Source: Armatimonadota bacterium (GTDB lineage: Bacteria; Armatimonadota; UBA10988). Taken from it: a DNA stretch of 33,401 nucleotides. Shown in pieces: positions 24,253 through 32,032 of this stretch (positions are counted from its first letter, which is position 1; each line of letters opens with the position of its first letter). Position numbers and translations under genes: made by a program. The notes beneath the pieces are model-generated. The model worked only from the letters and a program-made list of their open reading frames with translations, did not search any database and had not been told where the DNA came from. The stretch spans positions 1 through 33,401 of the forward strand of contig JACRKZ010000095.1 of assembly GCA_016235455.1 (NCBI GenBank), written 5' to 3'.

Positions 24253-25250
24253 CACGCGCTCCAGTCGAGCAGCACCTTGCCCGCCTGCCCCGCGGCGAAC
24301 AGCGACCAGGCCTCGTCGGCGGCCGCCGCCGGCAGCGTGTGCGTGGCCAGATCGCCCACGCGCAGACCGTCGCGATAGAGCGCGAGCATCGCCGGGTACT
24401 CACCGTAGTGGTAGAACCACGAGCCCACCGCCGTGATGTCGCGCCGGATGAAGTGGTCGCTGGGCGACAGCGACAGCGGCCCCTGCTCGCCGTTGAACAC
24501 CACCGTGCCGCCGGTGCGCACCGCCGCGAAGCACGACAGCGCCGTCTCGGGCCGACCGGCAGCCTCGATGCAGACGTCCGGGCCGCACCCCTCGGTCAGC
24601 TCGCGTAGCGCCGCCACCACATCGCCCGCGCTGGCATCGACGGTCTCCGCCGCGCCCAGCCGCCGCGCCGCGTCGAGCCGCCAGGCCGACAGGTCGACCG
24701 CGATCACGCGCCGGCCCAGATGCGCCTGCACCAGCACGCCGCCCAGGCCGATCGGCCCGGCGCCGAGTATGGCCACCGTCCGCACCTCGGGCGAGGCGAT
24801 CTTGGTCGAGGTGTGGTAGGGCACGCCCAGCCCGTCGCCGGTGAGCAGCACGCCCGCGCCCCAAGGCACATCGTCGGGCAGGAGATGGACCGCGCTGGCC
24901 GCGGCCAGGAAGCGCTCGGCATGCATGTTGGTGTAGACGCGGAACGCGGTGCACCACGTGGTGCGGCCAGCGGCGCACTGCTCACAGTGGCCGCAGCCGG
25001 CCACGGCGCAGACGCCCACGCGCCGGCCGACCAGCGCCGCGTCGACGCCCTCACCCACGGCAGCCACCACGCCGGCCGCCTCGTGACCGCTGTTGCCGCT
25101 GGCCTGGCCGTCGCCGCGATAGCCCCGGAGTTCGCTGCCGCAGAGCGCGGACATGGCGGTCGCGATGAGCACCTCGCCGGCGCCGGGCACGGGCTCGGCC
25201 GCGTCGGTCAGTTCCACTCGGCTACCGCCGAGCATCTTCAGGGACTTCAT
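24252..25250 (-). CDS. Zinc-binding alcohol/sugar dehydrogenase (MDR family)
   Basis: LCGSE, GHEAAGVV, structural Zn site CGHCEQC..C, and Rossmann motif GAGPIG. Confidence 0.93.
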   Translation of the reverse strand: MKSLKMLGGSRVELTDAAEPVPGAGEVLIATAMSALCGSELRGYRGDGQASGNSGHEAAGVVAAVGEGVDAALVGRRVGVCAVAGCGHCEQCAAGRTTWCTAFRVYTNMHAERFLAAASAVHLLPDDVPWGAGVLLTGDGLGVPYHTSTKIASPEVRTVAILGAGPIGLGGVLVQAHLGRRVIAVDLSAWRLDAARRLGAAETVDASAGDVVAALRELTEGCGPDVCIEAAGRPETALSCFAAVRTGGTVVFNGEQGPLSLSPSDHFIRRDITAVGSWFYHYGEYPAMLALYRDGLRVGDLATHTLPAAAADEAWSLFAAGQAGKVLLDWSA

Positions 25251-25750
25251 GTGGGTCGTTCCTCTCGCCTCAACAGGCTGGCGCGGTTCTCCACGCGGTC
25301 GACGAACAGAACGCCGTCGAGATGGTCGATCTCATGCTGCAGGAGCACCGCCTCGAAGCCGTCGGCCTCGAAGCGCAGCGGCGCGCCAGCCAGGTCGAAC
25401 GCCTCGACCACGATGCGCTTGGCCCGCCGCGTCTGGCCGGTGAACTCGGGCAGGCTCAGGCAGCCTTCGCGGAAGGTGCGCGAGCCCACGCGCTCGACAA
25501 TGACCGGGTTGAGCAGCACGCTCGGCGGCAGCGGGCTGTCGGCGTACTTGGCGTGCCGCCGCGGATCGACGAAGATCATGCGCCACAACTCGCCGATCTG
25601 CGGCGCGGCAATGCCGGTGCCGACCACGGTGTCGAGCGTGTCGCGCAGGTCGTCCGCGAGCCGGCGCGCCGCGCTCGTGCCCGGCGTCACCGGGGCACAG
25701 ACCGCCTTCAGGCGGCTGTCGGGATAGACCACGATGTCTCGGACAGCCAT
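25247..25750 (-). CDS. def: Peptide deformylase
   Basis: All three PDF motifs are present: GIAAPQIG, EGCLS and QHEIDHLDG. Confidence 0.96.
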   Translation of the reverse strand: MAVRDIVVYPDSRLKAVCAPVTPGTSAARRLADDLRDTLDTVVGTGIAAPQIGELWRMIFVDPRRHAKYADSPLPPSVLLNPVIVERVGSRTFREGCLSLPEFTGQTRRAKRIVVEAFDLAGAPLRFEADGFEAVLLQHEIDHLDGVLFVDRVENRASLLRREERPT

Positions 25751-25753
25751 GGC

Positions 25754-26284
25754 TCAGAGCGTCTCGCTATCATCGTGCCGCAGGGTGATGTCCACCTTGA
25801 GCTGGTCGCGCAGGCGAGCCAGTTGCACCTCGATTTCGTCGTCCGTCGTGTCGAGCGGGACGATCATTTCGAGCAGCATCAGGTAGACCGGGCCGGCGGT
25901 ATGGGTGGTGACATCCACAATGTTGCAGTCGAGCTGGGACAGTTCCTCGGCCACGTGGTAGACGATGCCGGGCTGGTCGGCGCCGTAGACGGCCAGACTG
26001 CAGGAGCGGCCTTCGGGCGGCGGCACCGGCGCCTGACCACCGAGGTCGCGCAGGTCGACATTCACGGCCAACGCCTTGGCCGCCTCGCCCAGCGAGTCGC
26101 AGAGTCCGTGCAGGTCCGGCTCGTCGGGCAGTTTGGCGATGAGAATCATGGCGAACGCATCACGCAGCCGCATGGCGCTGCTGTCTTCCAGATTGCAGCC
26201 GTGTTCGAAGAGAACCTTGGTGATTCCCGCCACGATCCCCGGCCGATCCTGGCCCAGGACGGTGATCGCTACCCATTTGCTCAT
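25754..26284 (-). CDS. GcvR-like double ACT-domain protein
   Basis: Two ACT starts, ITVLGQDRPGIVAGIT and VYGADQPGIVYHV. GAGGAG RBS before ATG 26284. Confidence 0.88.
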   Translation of the reverse strand: MSKWVAITVLGQDRPGIVAGITKVLFEHGCNLEDSSAMRLRDAFAMILIAKLPDEPDLHGLCDSLGEAAKALAVNVDLRDLGGQAPVPPPEGRSCSLAVYGADQPGIVYHVAEELSQLDCNIVDVTTHTAGPVYLMLLEMIVPLDTTDDEIEVQLARLRDQLKVDITLRHDDSETL

Positions 26285-26446
26285 GGCCACTCCTCACCGG
26301 CCCATTCGGCCCCACGCGCGGGCAACCTCCTCGGGCGCAACCAAAGCGCAACCGCTGGTCTGCAATGTCGCAGCCCTCATGGCGCACAACTGGCAGTAGC
26401 ACCTGCACCGGCGCTCCGGTGCCGGGCGGGTGGAAAGGAGTACCCG

Positions 26447-27556
26447 GTGGACTTCATCGATCGTGACGAGCTGCGGGGGCTGCTCGTCTGGGAAACCTCA
26501 CCTTGCGTCTCGATCTTCCTGCCGACCCATCGCAGTGGTATCGAGGCTCACCAGCAGGACACGATCCGCTTCAAGAATCTGATCCACCAGGCCGAGACCG
26601 CGCTCGGCGCTCACGGCTGCAAACCGCCCGAGGTCCGCGAACTCCTCGCGCCGGCGCGCCGCCTGCTCGACGATAACGACTTCTGGGCCGACCAGAGCGA
26701 CGGGCTCGCCGTCTTCCTCGCGCCCGGCTACGTGCGTACCTACCGCATCCCCATCAGCCTGGAGGAGCTGGTGCGCGTTAACGACCGTTTCCATATCAAG
26801 CCGCTGCTGCCGCTGCTCACGCTCAACACCCGGTTCTACGTGCTGGCGCTGAGCCAGAAGCAGCTACGCTTACTCAAATGCACGCGCCACACCTGGCGCG
26901 AGATCGAGTTGCCCGGCAGCCCGACCAGCCGCGAGGAGGCCTTGGCCTTCGACGATATCGAGAAGGTCATGGCGCCTGGCGGGTTCGACAACGAGCGCCA
27001 ACAGGCGGTCGTGCGCTATCTGCAGTCGGTCAATCGCGGTGTGCACGACCTGCTGCGCGACGAGACGGCACCGTTGGTGCTGGCCGGCGTGGAGCATCTG
27101 GTGGCGGCCTACCGCGAGGTCAATGACTACCCGCACCTGGCCGAACCCGCGATCATCGGCAACCCCGACGAGCGCAACAAGCACGCCAAGGACCTGCATG
27201 CGGCCGCCTGGGAGCTTATCGAGCCCCGGCTCAAGCGCACCCGCGAGGAGGCGTCGGCGCTCTACCAGCAGTACAAGGGCCAGGGCAGCGCGCGGGTCTC
27301 GGCCGACATCGAGCAGATCCTGACCGCGGCCAGCTCCGGCCGCGTCGACACGCTGTTCGTCAGCCGCCGACACCCGATCTGGGGCCACTTCGACGCCGAG
27401 GCCGGCGCGGTGGAACTGCTCGACGCCCAGAACCCCGGCGCCGAGGACCTGCTGGACCTGGCCGCCGGCCAGACGCTGCTCAACAGCGGCCGCGTCTTCG
27501 CCAGCGACGAGGCCCTGCCCGACGAAGGGCTGGTGGCCGCGGTCTACCGCTACTGA
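26447..27556 (+). CDS. Bacterial archaeo-eukaryotic release factor (baeRF family 3/7-like) protein
   Basis: GTG 26447 after AAAGGAG. Motifs PCVSIFLPTHR, DGLAVF, FHIKPLLP, FYVLALS, PLVLAG, GRVDTLF, DLLD..A..TL..G.V and C-terminal AAVYRY. The ORF-track extension to 25322 is antisense to def/ACT and spurious. Confidence 0.82.
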   Translation: MDFIDRDELRGLLVWETSPCVSIFLPTHRSGIEAHQQDTIRFKNLIHQAETALGAHGCKPPEVRELLAPARRLLDDNDFWADQSDGLAVFLAPGYVRTYRIPISLEELVRVNDRFHIKPLLPLLTLNTRFYVLALSQKQLRLLKCTRHTWREIELPGSPTSREEALAFDDIEKVMAPGGFDNERQQAVVRYLQSVNRGVHDLLRDETAPLVLAGVEHLVAAYREVNDYPHLAEPAIIGNPDERNKHAKDLHAAAWELIEPRLKRTREEASALYQQYKGQGSARVSADIEQILTAASSGRVDTLFVSRRHPIWGHFDAEAGAVELLDAQNPGAEDLLDLAAGQTLLNSGRVFASDEALPDEGLVAAVYRY

Positions 27557-27626
27557 GACGTGGGGCGTGGGGCGTGGGCAGGGCCGCAGCTCCCGTCCCA
27601 GGTCCCGGACCCCCCTGCTTGACGGG

Positions 27627-27666
27627 GCCGCGAACGGGGTACACACCTCGTTATCCCGTTCGCGGC
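27627..27666. other. 15-bp inverted repeat/hairpin between the baeRF gene and the paralog cluster
   Basis: GCCGCGAACGGGGTA-cacacctcgt-TATCCCGTTCGCGGC, with one G-U pair on the + strand. No U-tract follows. Confidence 0.6.
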
Positions 27667-27691
27667 TTCGGACGGCCAGGGGAGGCCCCTT

Positions 27692-29749
27692 GTGAACCAC
27701 GCGTTGGCTGGGTTGCTGGCGGTGCTGTTCGGCGTCGCCGCGCTGCGCGCTGAGCCGGTCGTGACGCTGCCGATCGGCAGTGGACGAATCCTCGGTTTCC
27801 ACCTCACCACACCCGGCGCGGCCCAGCGGGTGGCGGTGCGCGGCATGTCGCGCGTCGAGCCACGTACCGTCGCCACCGGCTACACACGCTCCGACCGAGC
27901 CGCCCGCGAGGACGGCTGGATCTTCGTCGACCCCGACCGCGAAGACCGAAACTGGCGCTTCGACCTGGCCGATGGCTCCCACCTGCGCTATGCCTCGCCG
28001 CCCGCGGCGCGGCCGCTCGCCTCCGTGGTGTTGTGCACCAACCACGACATGGCCTCCGCCGACGTCCTGGCGGCGCCGCTGGGCAGCTCGCAGTATGTGC
28101 CCTACAACACACTCCCCGACAGGCCCCGCGCCGTCCTGCTACGCTCGCTCGACGACCTGCCGCCACTGGCGCGGGCGCTCGACCGACTGGATGCCGTGGT
28201 ACTCGACACGCCGGGGCTGTCGCGCCGACCGCGGCTGCAGCGGGCGCTCGCAGCGTATGCGCTCGACGGCGGGCGCGTCATCCTCAGCGCTGAGGCGCAA
28301 GCCGGGTTGGCTACGGGTGATCCGCTGGCCGGCTACCTGCCGCGCGACCGCGCTGGCCGGCTGCACGCCGAGGCGTCGGCCGTGGCCGACATGGCCTGGC
28401 GAGTGGTCGGCGCCGGCCATGTCGTGCAGTTGCCCGGCGGGCTACCGCGCGACGCCGCCTTCTGGCAACGAGTGCGGCTCAACTGCCTGAGTCGGCGCCA
28501 GTATCCGAGCCTCGGGCAGCCGGTGTGCGCGGGTCGCCTGACTTGGATGCTCAACGACCACCGCCGCGTACCGCTGTCGGTGCTGGCCGCCTATCTGCTG
28601 GTGTACCTTGTGGCCATCGTGCCCTGGCGCCGTCGCGCTCGCTCGTGGCTGGCCACACCCCTGCTGGCCTTTGGCTTCGTGGCGCTGGCCGCCGGCCTCA
28701 TGGCGCTGTGCGCTCGGCATCGGCGGGCGTCGTTCGAAGCCACCGTGCTGGCGGCCGAATCCGGCAGCCGCTACGCCCGCGTCAACACGCTGCTGACGCT
28801 CGGCCCCACCCGCGCCGAGCCGGCGATACTGCGGCTGCCGCCGGCCGGCGGGCTGGACCCCAACACGGGCGGGCTCGGTCTGCACGCGGACGCACGCGGC
28901 GAGGTGCTGGGCTCCCTGCCCGTGCGCGCCAACACCTCGCTGGATATCAGCACGACGCGCGTCGATGATGTGGGCGGCCCGGTCTCGCTGGACCTGGCCC
29001 TGCGCCAGGGCTGCCTCGCCGGCACCATCGCCAATCGCAGCCGACTGGCCCTGCATGGCGCCTGTGTGGTCTGGTACAACCGTGGCTATCTCATCGGGGA
29101 ACTGCCACCGGGCGCCACGCACACGCTGCACGCGCGGCCGGCGGCGCGCAGCTTCGACACCGAGGACGACCTGATCCTGTGGCTGGCCAGCCACAGCCCC
29201 TCGCCCACGGCGCGGCGCCTCCGGCCCCACCCGATCCCCGGCCTCGAGCCCACCGAGCCGCGCTGTGCACGGCCCATGCTCTATGCCTGGCTCGACGATG
29301 ACCGCCGGGACCCAGGCAGCCAGGGCTGGGCCGACGACGTCTTTCGCCTGCGCCTGCTCGCCGTGCGGCAGTGCCCGCGCGAGCCGGCCACCGCATGGTC
29401 GAGCGACTACAACGGCCACGGGTTCGCGCCGACAGCCGAGCAGCCGGAACACTGGACAGCCCGCGCCCTCAGCGTTGCCGCCGGCGGCAACCAGCCGCTC
29501 CAGCTGGAGTACGGCGGGGCCGACCCCTACGTCTGGATACCGGGCGAGCAATGCTATGCCCCCGTCCGCGGCCGACGACCGCTCGGCCCCTGGCCCCAAG
29601 GCGAGCGTCCGCGCGCCACCGCTGAGCTGTCCCCGGCCGAGCGCTACCTCAACCATGGGCAACTCGTGGTGGTCGCGCCGTCGGCCAGCGACACAAGCTC
29701 GGTCCGCGCGCGCCTCCGGCCCCCGCCCGAGGCAGCGACAGAGCGCTGA
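27692..29749 (+). CDS. Hypothetical secreted/membrane-anchored protein, paralog 1 of 3 (class I GATase-like segment + TM hairpin)
   Basis: Signal peptide; LPPLARALDRLDAVVLD...ALAAYALDGGRVIL; TM pair LAAYLLVYLVAIVP...WLATPLLAFGF; DVGGPVSLDL...GTIANRS. GGAGG RBS. Confidence 0.7.
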   Translation: MNHALAGLLAVLFGVAALRAEPVVTLPIGSGRILGFHLTTPGAAQRVAVRGMSRVEPRTVATGYTRSDRAAREDGWIFVDPDREDRNWRFDLADGSHLRYASPPAARPLASVVLCTNHDMASADVLAAPLGSSQYVPYNTLPDRPRAVLLRSLDDLPPLARALDRLDAVVLDTPGLSRRPRLQRALAAYALDGGRVILSAEAQAGLATGDPLAGYLPRDRAGRLHAEASAVADMAWRVVGAGHVVQLPGGLPRDAAFWQRVRLNCLSRRQYPSLGQPVCAGRLTWMLNDHRRVPLSVLAAYLLVYLVAIVPWRRRARSWLATPLLAFGFVALAAGLMALCARHRRASFEATVLAAESGSRYARVNTLLTLGPTRAEPAILRLPPAGGLDPNTGGLGLHADARGEVLGSLPVRANTSLDISTTRVDDVGGPVSLDLALRQGCLAGTIANRSRLALHGACVVWYNRGYLIGELPPGATHTLHARPAARSFDTEDDLILWLASHSPSPTARRLRPHPIPGLEPTEPRCARPMLYAWLDDDRRDPGSQGWADDVFRLRLLAVRQCPREPATAWSSDYNGHGFAPTAEQPEHWTARALSVAAGGNQPLQLEYGGADPYVWIPGEQCYAPVRGRRPLGPWPQGERPRATAELSPAERYLNHGQLVVVAPSASDTSSVRARLRPPPEAATER

Positions 29750-29859
29750 GGGCGCGGTGGACTGCTCCTGTTCGCCGCTGTCGACCTGAGCGTCACCGCC
29801 GAACCGGATTCACCCAAACGGGTGGCCGAGGTGGCGCATTACCTTAGCGGGAGAGCCCC

Positions 29860-31959
29860 ATGCCGCTCCGCCACATTGCCGCGCTCTGGCTGCTGAGCCC
29901 GCTGGTCCTGCCAGCGCTCGGCGCCGAGCTGTCGGTTCAGTGGCCGCTGGGCGACATTGGGCCGCGCGTCACCTGGGATGGCTGGGGCGAGGTGGTGCTC
30001 GTCGTCCGCGACGGCCTGCTGTCCTCCGATCTGGCCAGTGTGCGGCGCGATGGGCCGGGCAGCGCCTGGCTGCCCGAGTGGTATCCCGGCGAAGGCACCA
30101 AGACACTAGCCCTGGAGCAGCGTCGCGGCGGCCGTGGCGTGGCCAGCCTGCCTCTCACCATGGCCAACTCGGACGGCGCCGTCGTGGTCGACTGGTGCAC
30201 GCAGCGCACCGATGTCGACGCCGCCGCGCTGCGCGCGCTGAGCCGTGGCTGGGCGAGCCGACAGCCGGGCCGCGCTGACCAGCCGGTGCGCATCATGCCC
30301 ACCTTCGACAGCCTGCCCCCACCGGCCGCCGCGCTGCACAGCGCGCGCCTGATCGTGCTCGACATGCCCGGGCTGGCCACGAGGCCCGGCCTGCGCGCGG
30401 CACTCCTCGACTATGCGGCCACTGGCGGCACGTTGGCGCTGACACCGCAGGCCGACCTGGCCTGGCCCGGAGCCAGCGCCACGCCGGCGCCTGGCCCGCT
30501 GGGCTTCAGCGTCGAGCGCCACGGCTGGGGCGCCGTGCTCCGGCTCGCCGCGAGCCCGCCGCTCGACCCCGAATTCTGGCAGCGCCTGGCCCTGGCCCGC
30601 GCCAGCAGCGGCGGCTACCGCGACGCGCCGTCGCCGGGGCCCGTGCCCGCCCAGCTACTAGCGCGCGGCCTCGATACGCGGCGGCCTATCGGCCCGCGGC
30701 CGTTGGCGGCCTACCTGCTGGGCTACTGCGCCGCGCTGCTAGGACTCGGGTACCGCGCTCGTCGGCGCGATCGGCTCGCGCCGTGGGTGCTGCCAGCCGG
30801 CATCGCCGTGAGCTTCGTCGGCCTGGCGACGGTCCTGGACGCGGGCCGCGGGGCCGCCCGCGATGAGGCCTTCCAGGTGACCCACGCGGCCGTCTGGTCG
30901 GACCAGCGCCAGGCCACGACGGAGACCACGCTGCGACTGTTCACCGGCCGCGGCGGCTCGTATGCAGTGCGCTTCGACGAGGCCCGCGCGACCGGCCGCT
31001 CGCCCGCGCGCCGGCACCTTGTGCCGCCGCGGCTCTCGGCCGATGGCGTGCTCGATGCGTGGCCCTGGCGCATCGCGCCGCGTTCGGCCGACACCATCAC
31101 CGGCAGCGGCCATGCCGATCTGGGCGGCACGGTGTCGCTCCGGCTGCGCGCGACGAGCCGGGGCCTGGTGGGCCAGATCGCCAACCACAGCCCCCGTGCT
31201 CTGCGCCACGCCGTGCTGACCTGGCGCCAGCGTCCGGTGCAGACCTACCTGGTCGGCGATGTGGCGCCCGGCCGGACCGTGCCGTTTGTGGCGGCGGCCC
31301 AGCCCGCGCCCCGCGGATTGCTCGACCTGCTGGCCGAGGTGGAGCCCGGCTTGGCCCGCCCGTTGGAGGAGGGAGCGGCACCGGGCGAACCTGCCCCGCC
31401 GCCACCCTCGCCGGTGTCGGCCAAGCCCGCGGTGCCGCCGCCACCCACCGCCGATCTGTACGCCTGGGTCGACGCACCGTGGTGCCGGGCCACCATCACC
31501 CCAGCCCCGGCCCGCACCACGTCTCGCGCCTTGCTCCAGGTCGGAGCCGTCATCGCGCCGGAGTCCGGCCAGCCACTCCGGGCGGAACTGCGCCGGTCTG
31601 ACAGGCGCTGGGTCGTGGTCGACGGTGAGGCCGAGCCGTGGCGCGCCCAGGTCTACACCCTCGATCCGATGTTCTCGGCGTGGCGTGGCGCACCGCGGCT
31701 GACCGCGACTCTGCCCGACCTGCGCGTCTGGGACCCGCGCCGGCAGGCCTTCACCGCCGTCGGCGACCAGCGGGATCTGACGGCCTATGCCCAGGACGGC
31801 GCGGTGACCCTCGCCGCGCGCGGCCAACTGACGCCGTCCAAGCCGCCGTCCAAGGAGCCGGCATCCTACCGGGTCGCCAAATGGCCGACCCTCGAGGCCG
31901 GGTTGACCGCGCCGCGCGTGGCAACGTCTTGCGGAAGAGAATCCCATGGGCGACAATGA
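29860..31959 (+). CDS. Hypothetical secreted/membrane-anchored protein, paralog 2 of 3
   Basis: Signal peptide; LPPPAAALHSARLIVLD...ALLDYAATGGTLAL; LAAYLLGY...PWVLPAGIAVSF; DLGGTVSLRL...GQIANHS. GGAG RBS. Confidence 0.7.
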   Translation: MPLRHIAALWLLSPLVLPALGAELSVQWPLGDIGPRVTWDGWGEVVLVVRDGLLSSDLASVRRDGPGSAWLPEWYPGEGTKTLALEQRRGGRGVASLPLTMANSDGAVVVDWCTQRTDVDAAALRALSRGWASRQPGRADQPVRIMPTFDSLPPPAAALHSARLIVLDMPGLATRPGLRAALLDYAATGGTLALTPQADLAWPGASATPAPGPLGFSVERHGWGAVLRLAASPPLDPEFWQRLALARASSGGYRDAPSPGPVPAQLLARGLDTRRPIGPRPLAAYLLGYCAALLGLGYRARRRDRLAPWVLPAGIAVSFVGLATVLDAGRGAARDEAFQVTHAAVWSDQRQATTETTLRLFTGRGGSYAVRFDEARATGRSPARRHLVPPRLSADGVLDAWPWRIAPRSADTITGSGHADLGGTVSLRLRATSRGLVGQIANHSPRALRHAVLTWRQRPVQTYLVGDVAPGRTVPFVAAAQPAPRGLLDLLAEVEPGLARPLEEGAAPGEPAPPPPSPVSAKPAVPPPPTADLYAWVDAPWCRATITPAPARTTSRALLQVGAVIAPESGQPLRAELRRSDRRWVVVDGEAEPWRAQVYTLDPMFSAWRGAPRLTATLPDLRVWDPRRQAFTAVGDQRDLTAYAQDGAVTLAARGQLTPSKPPSKEPASYRVAKWPTLEAGLTAPRVATSCGRESHGRQ

Positions 31960-32032
31960 ACTATCAGGCCGGTTGATCTCGTTAGGAAGTGGGCATACTC
32001 ACGTTGGCAGGGGACGTGAGGGGAGAATCACC

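Noticed and set aside
25322-26446. Apparent 375-aa N-terminal extension of the baeRF ORF (744 aa)
   Set aside because: It is antisense to def and the ACT gene. A strong AAAGGAG RBS defines the start at 26447.
27559-27578. Short CGTGGGG tandem repeat as a CRISPR or contingency locus
   Set aside because: Only about three 7-bp units, with no spacers or cas genes, and it is intergenic.
31974-31999. TTGATC...CATACT promoter before paralog 3 (and TTGACG...TACACA before paralog 1)
   Set aside because: The spacer is only 15 bp in both cases, too short to call a sigma70 promoter with confidence.
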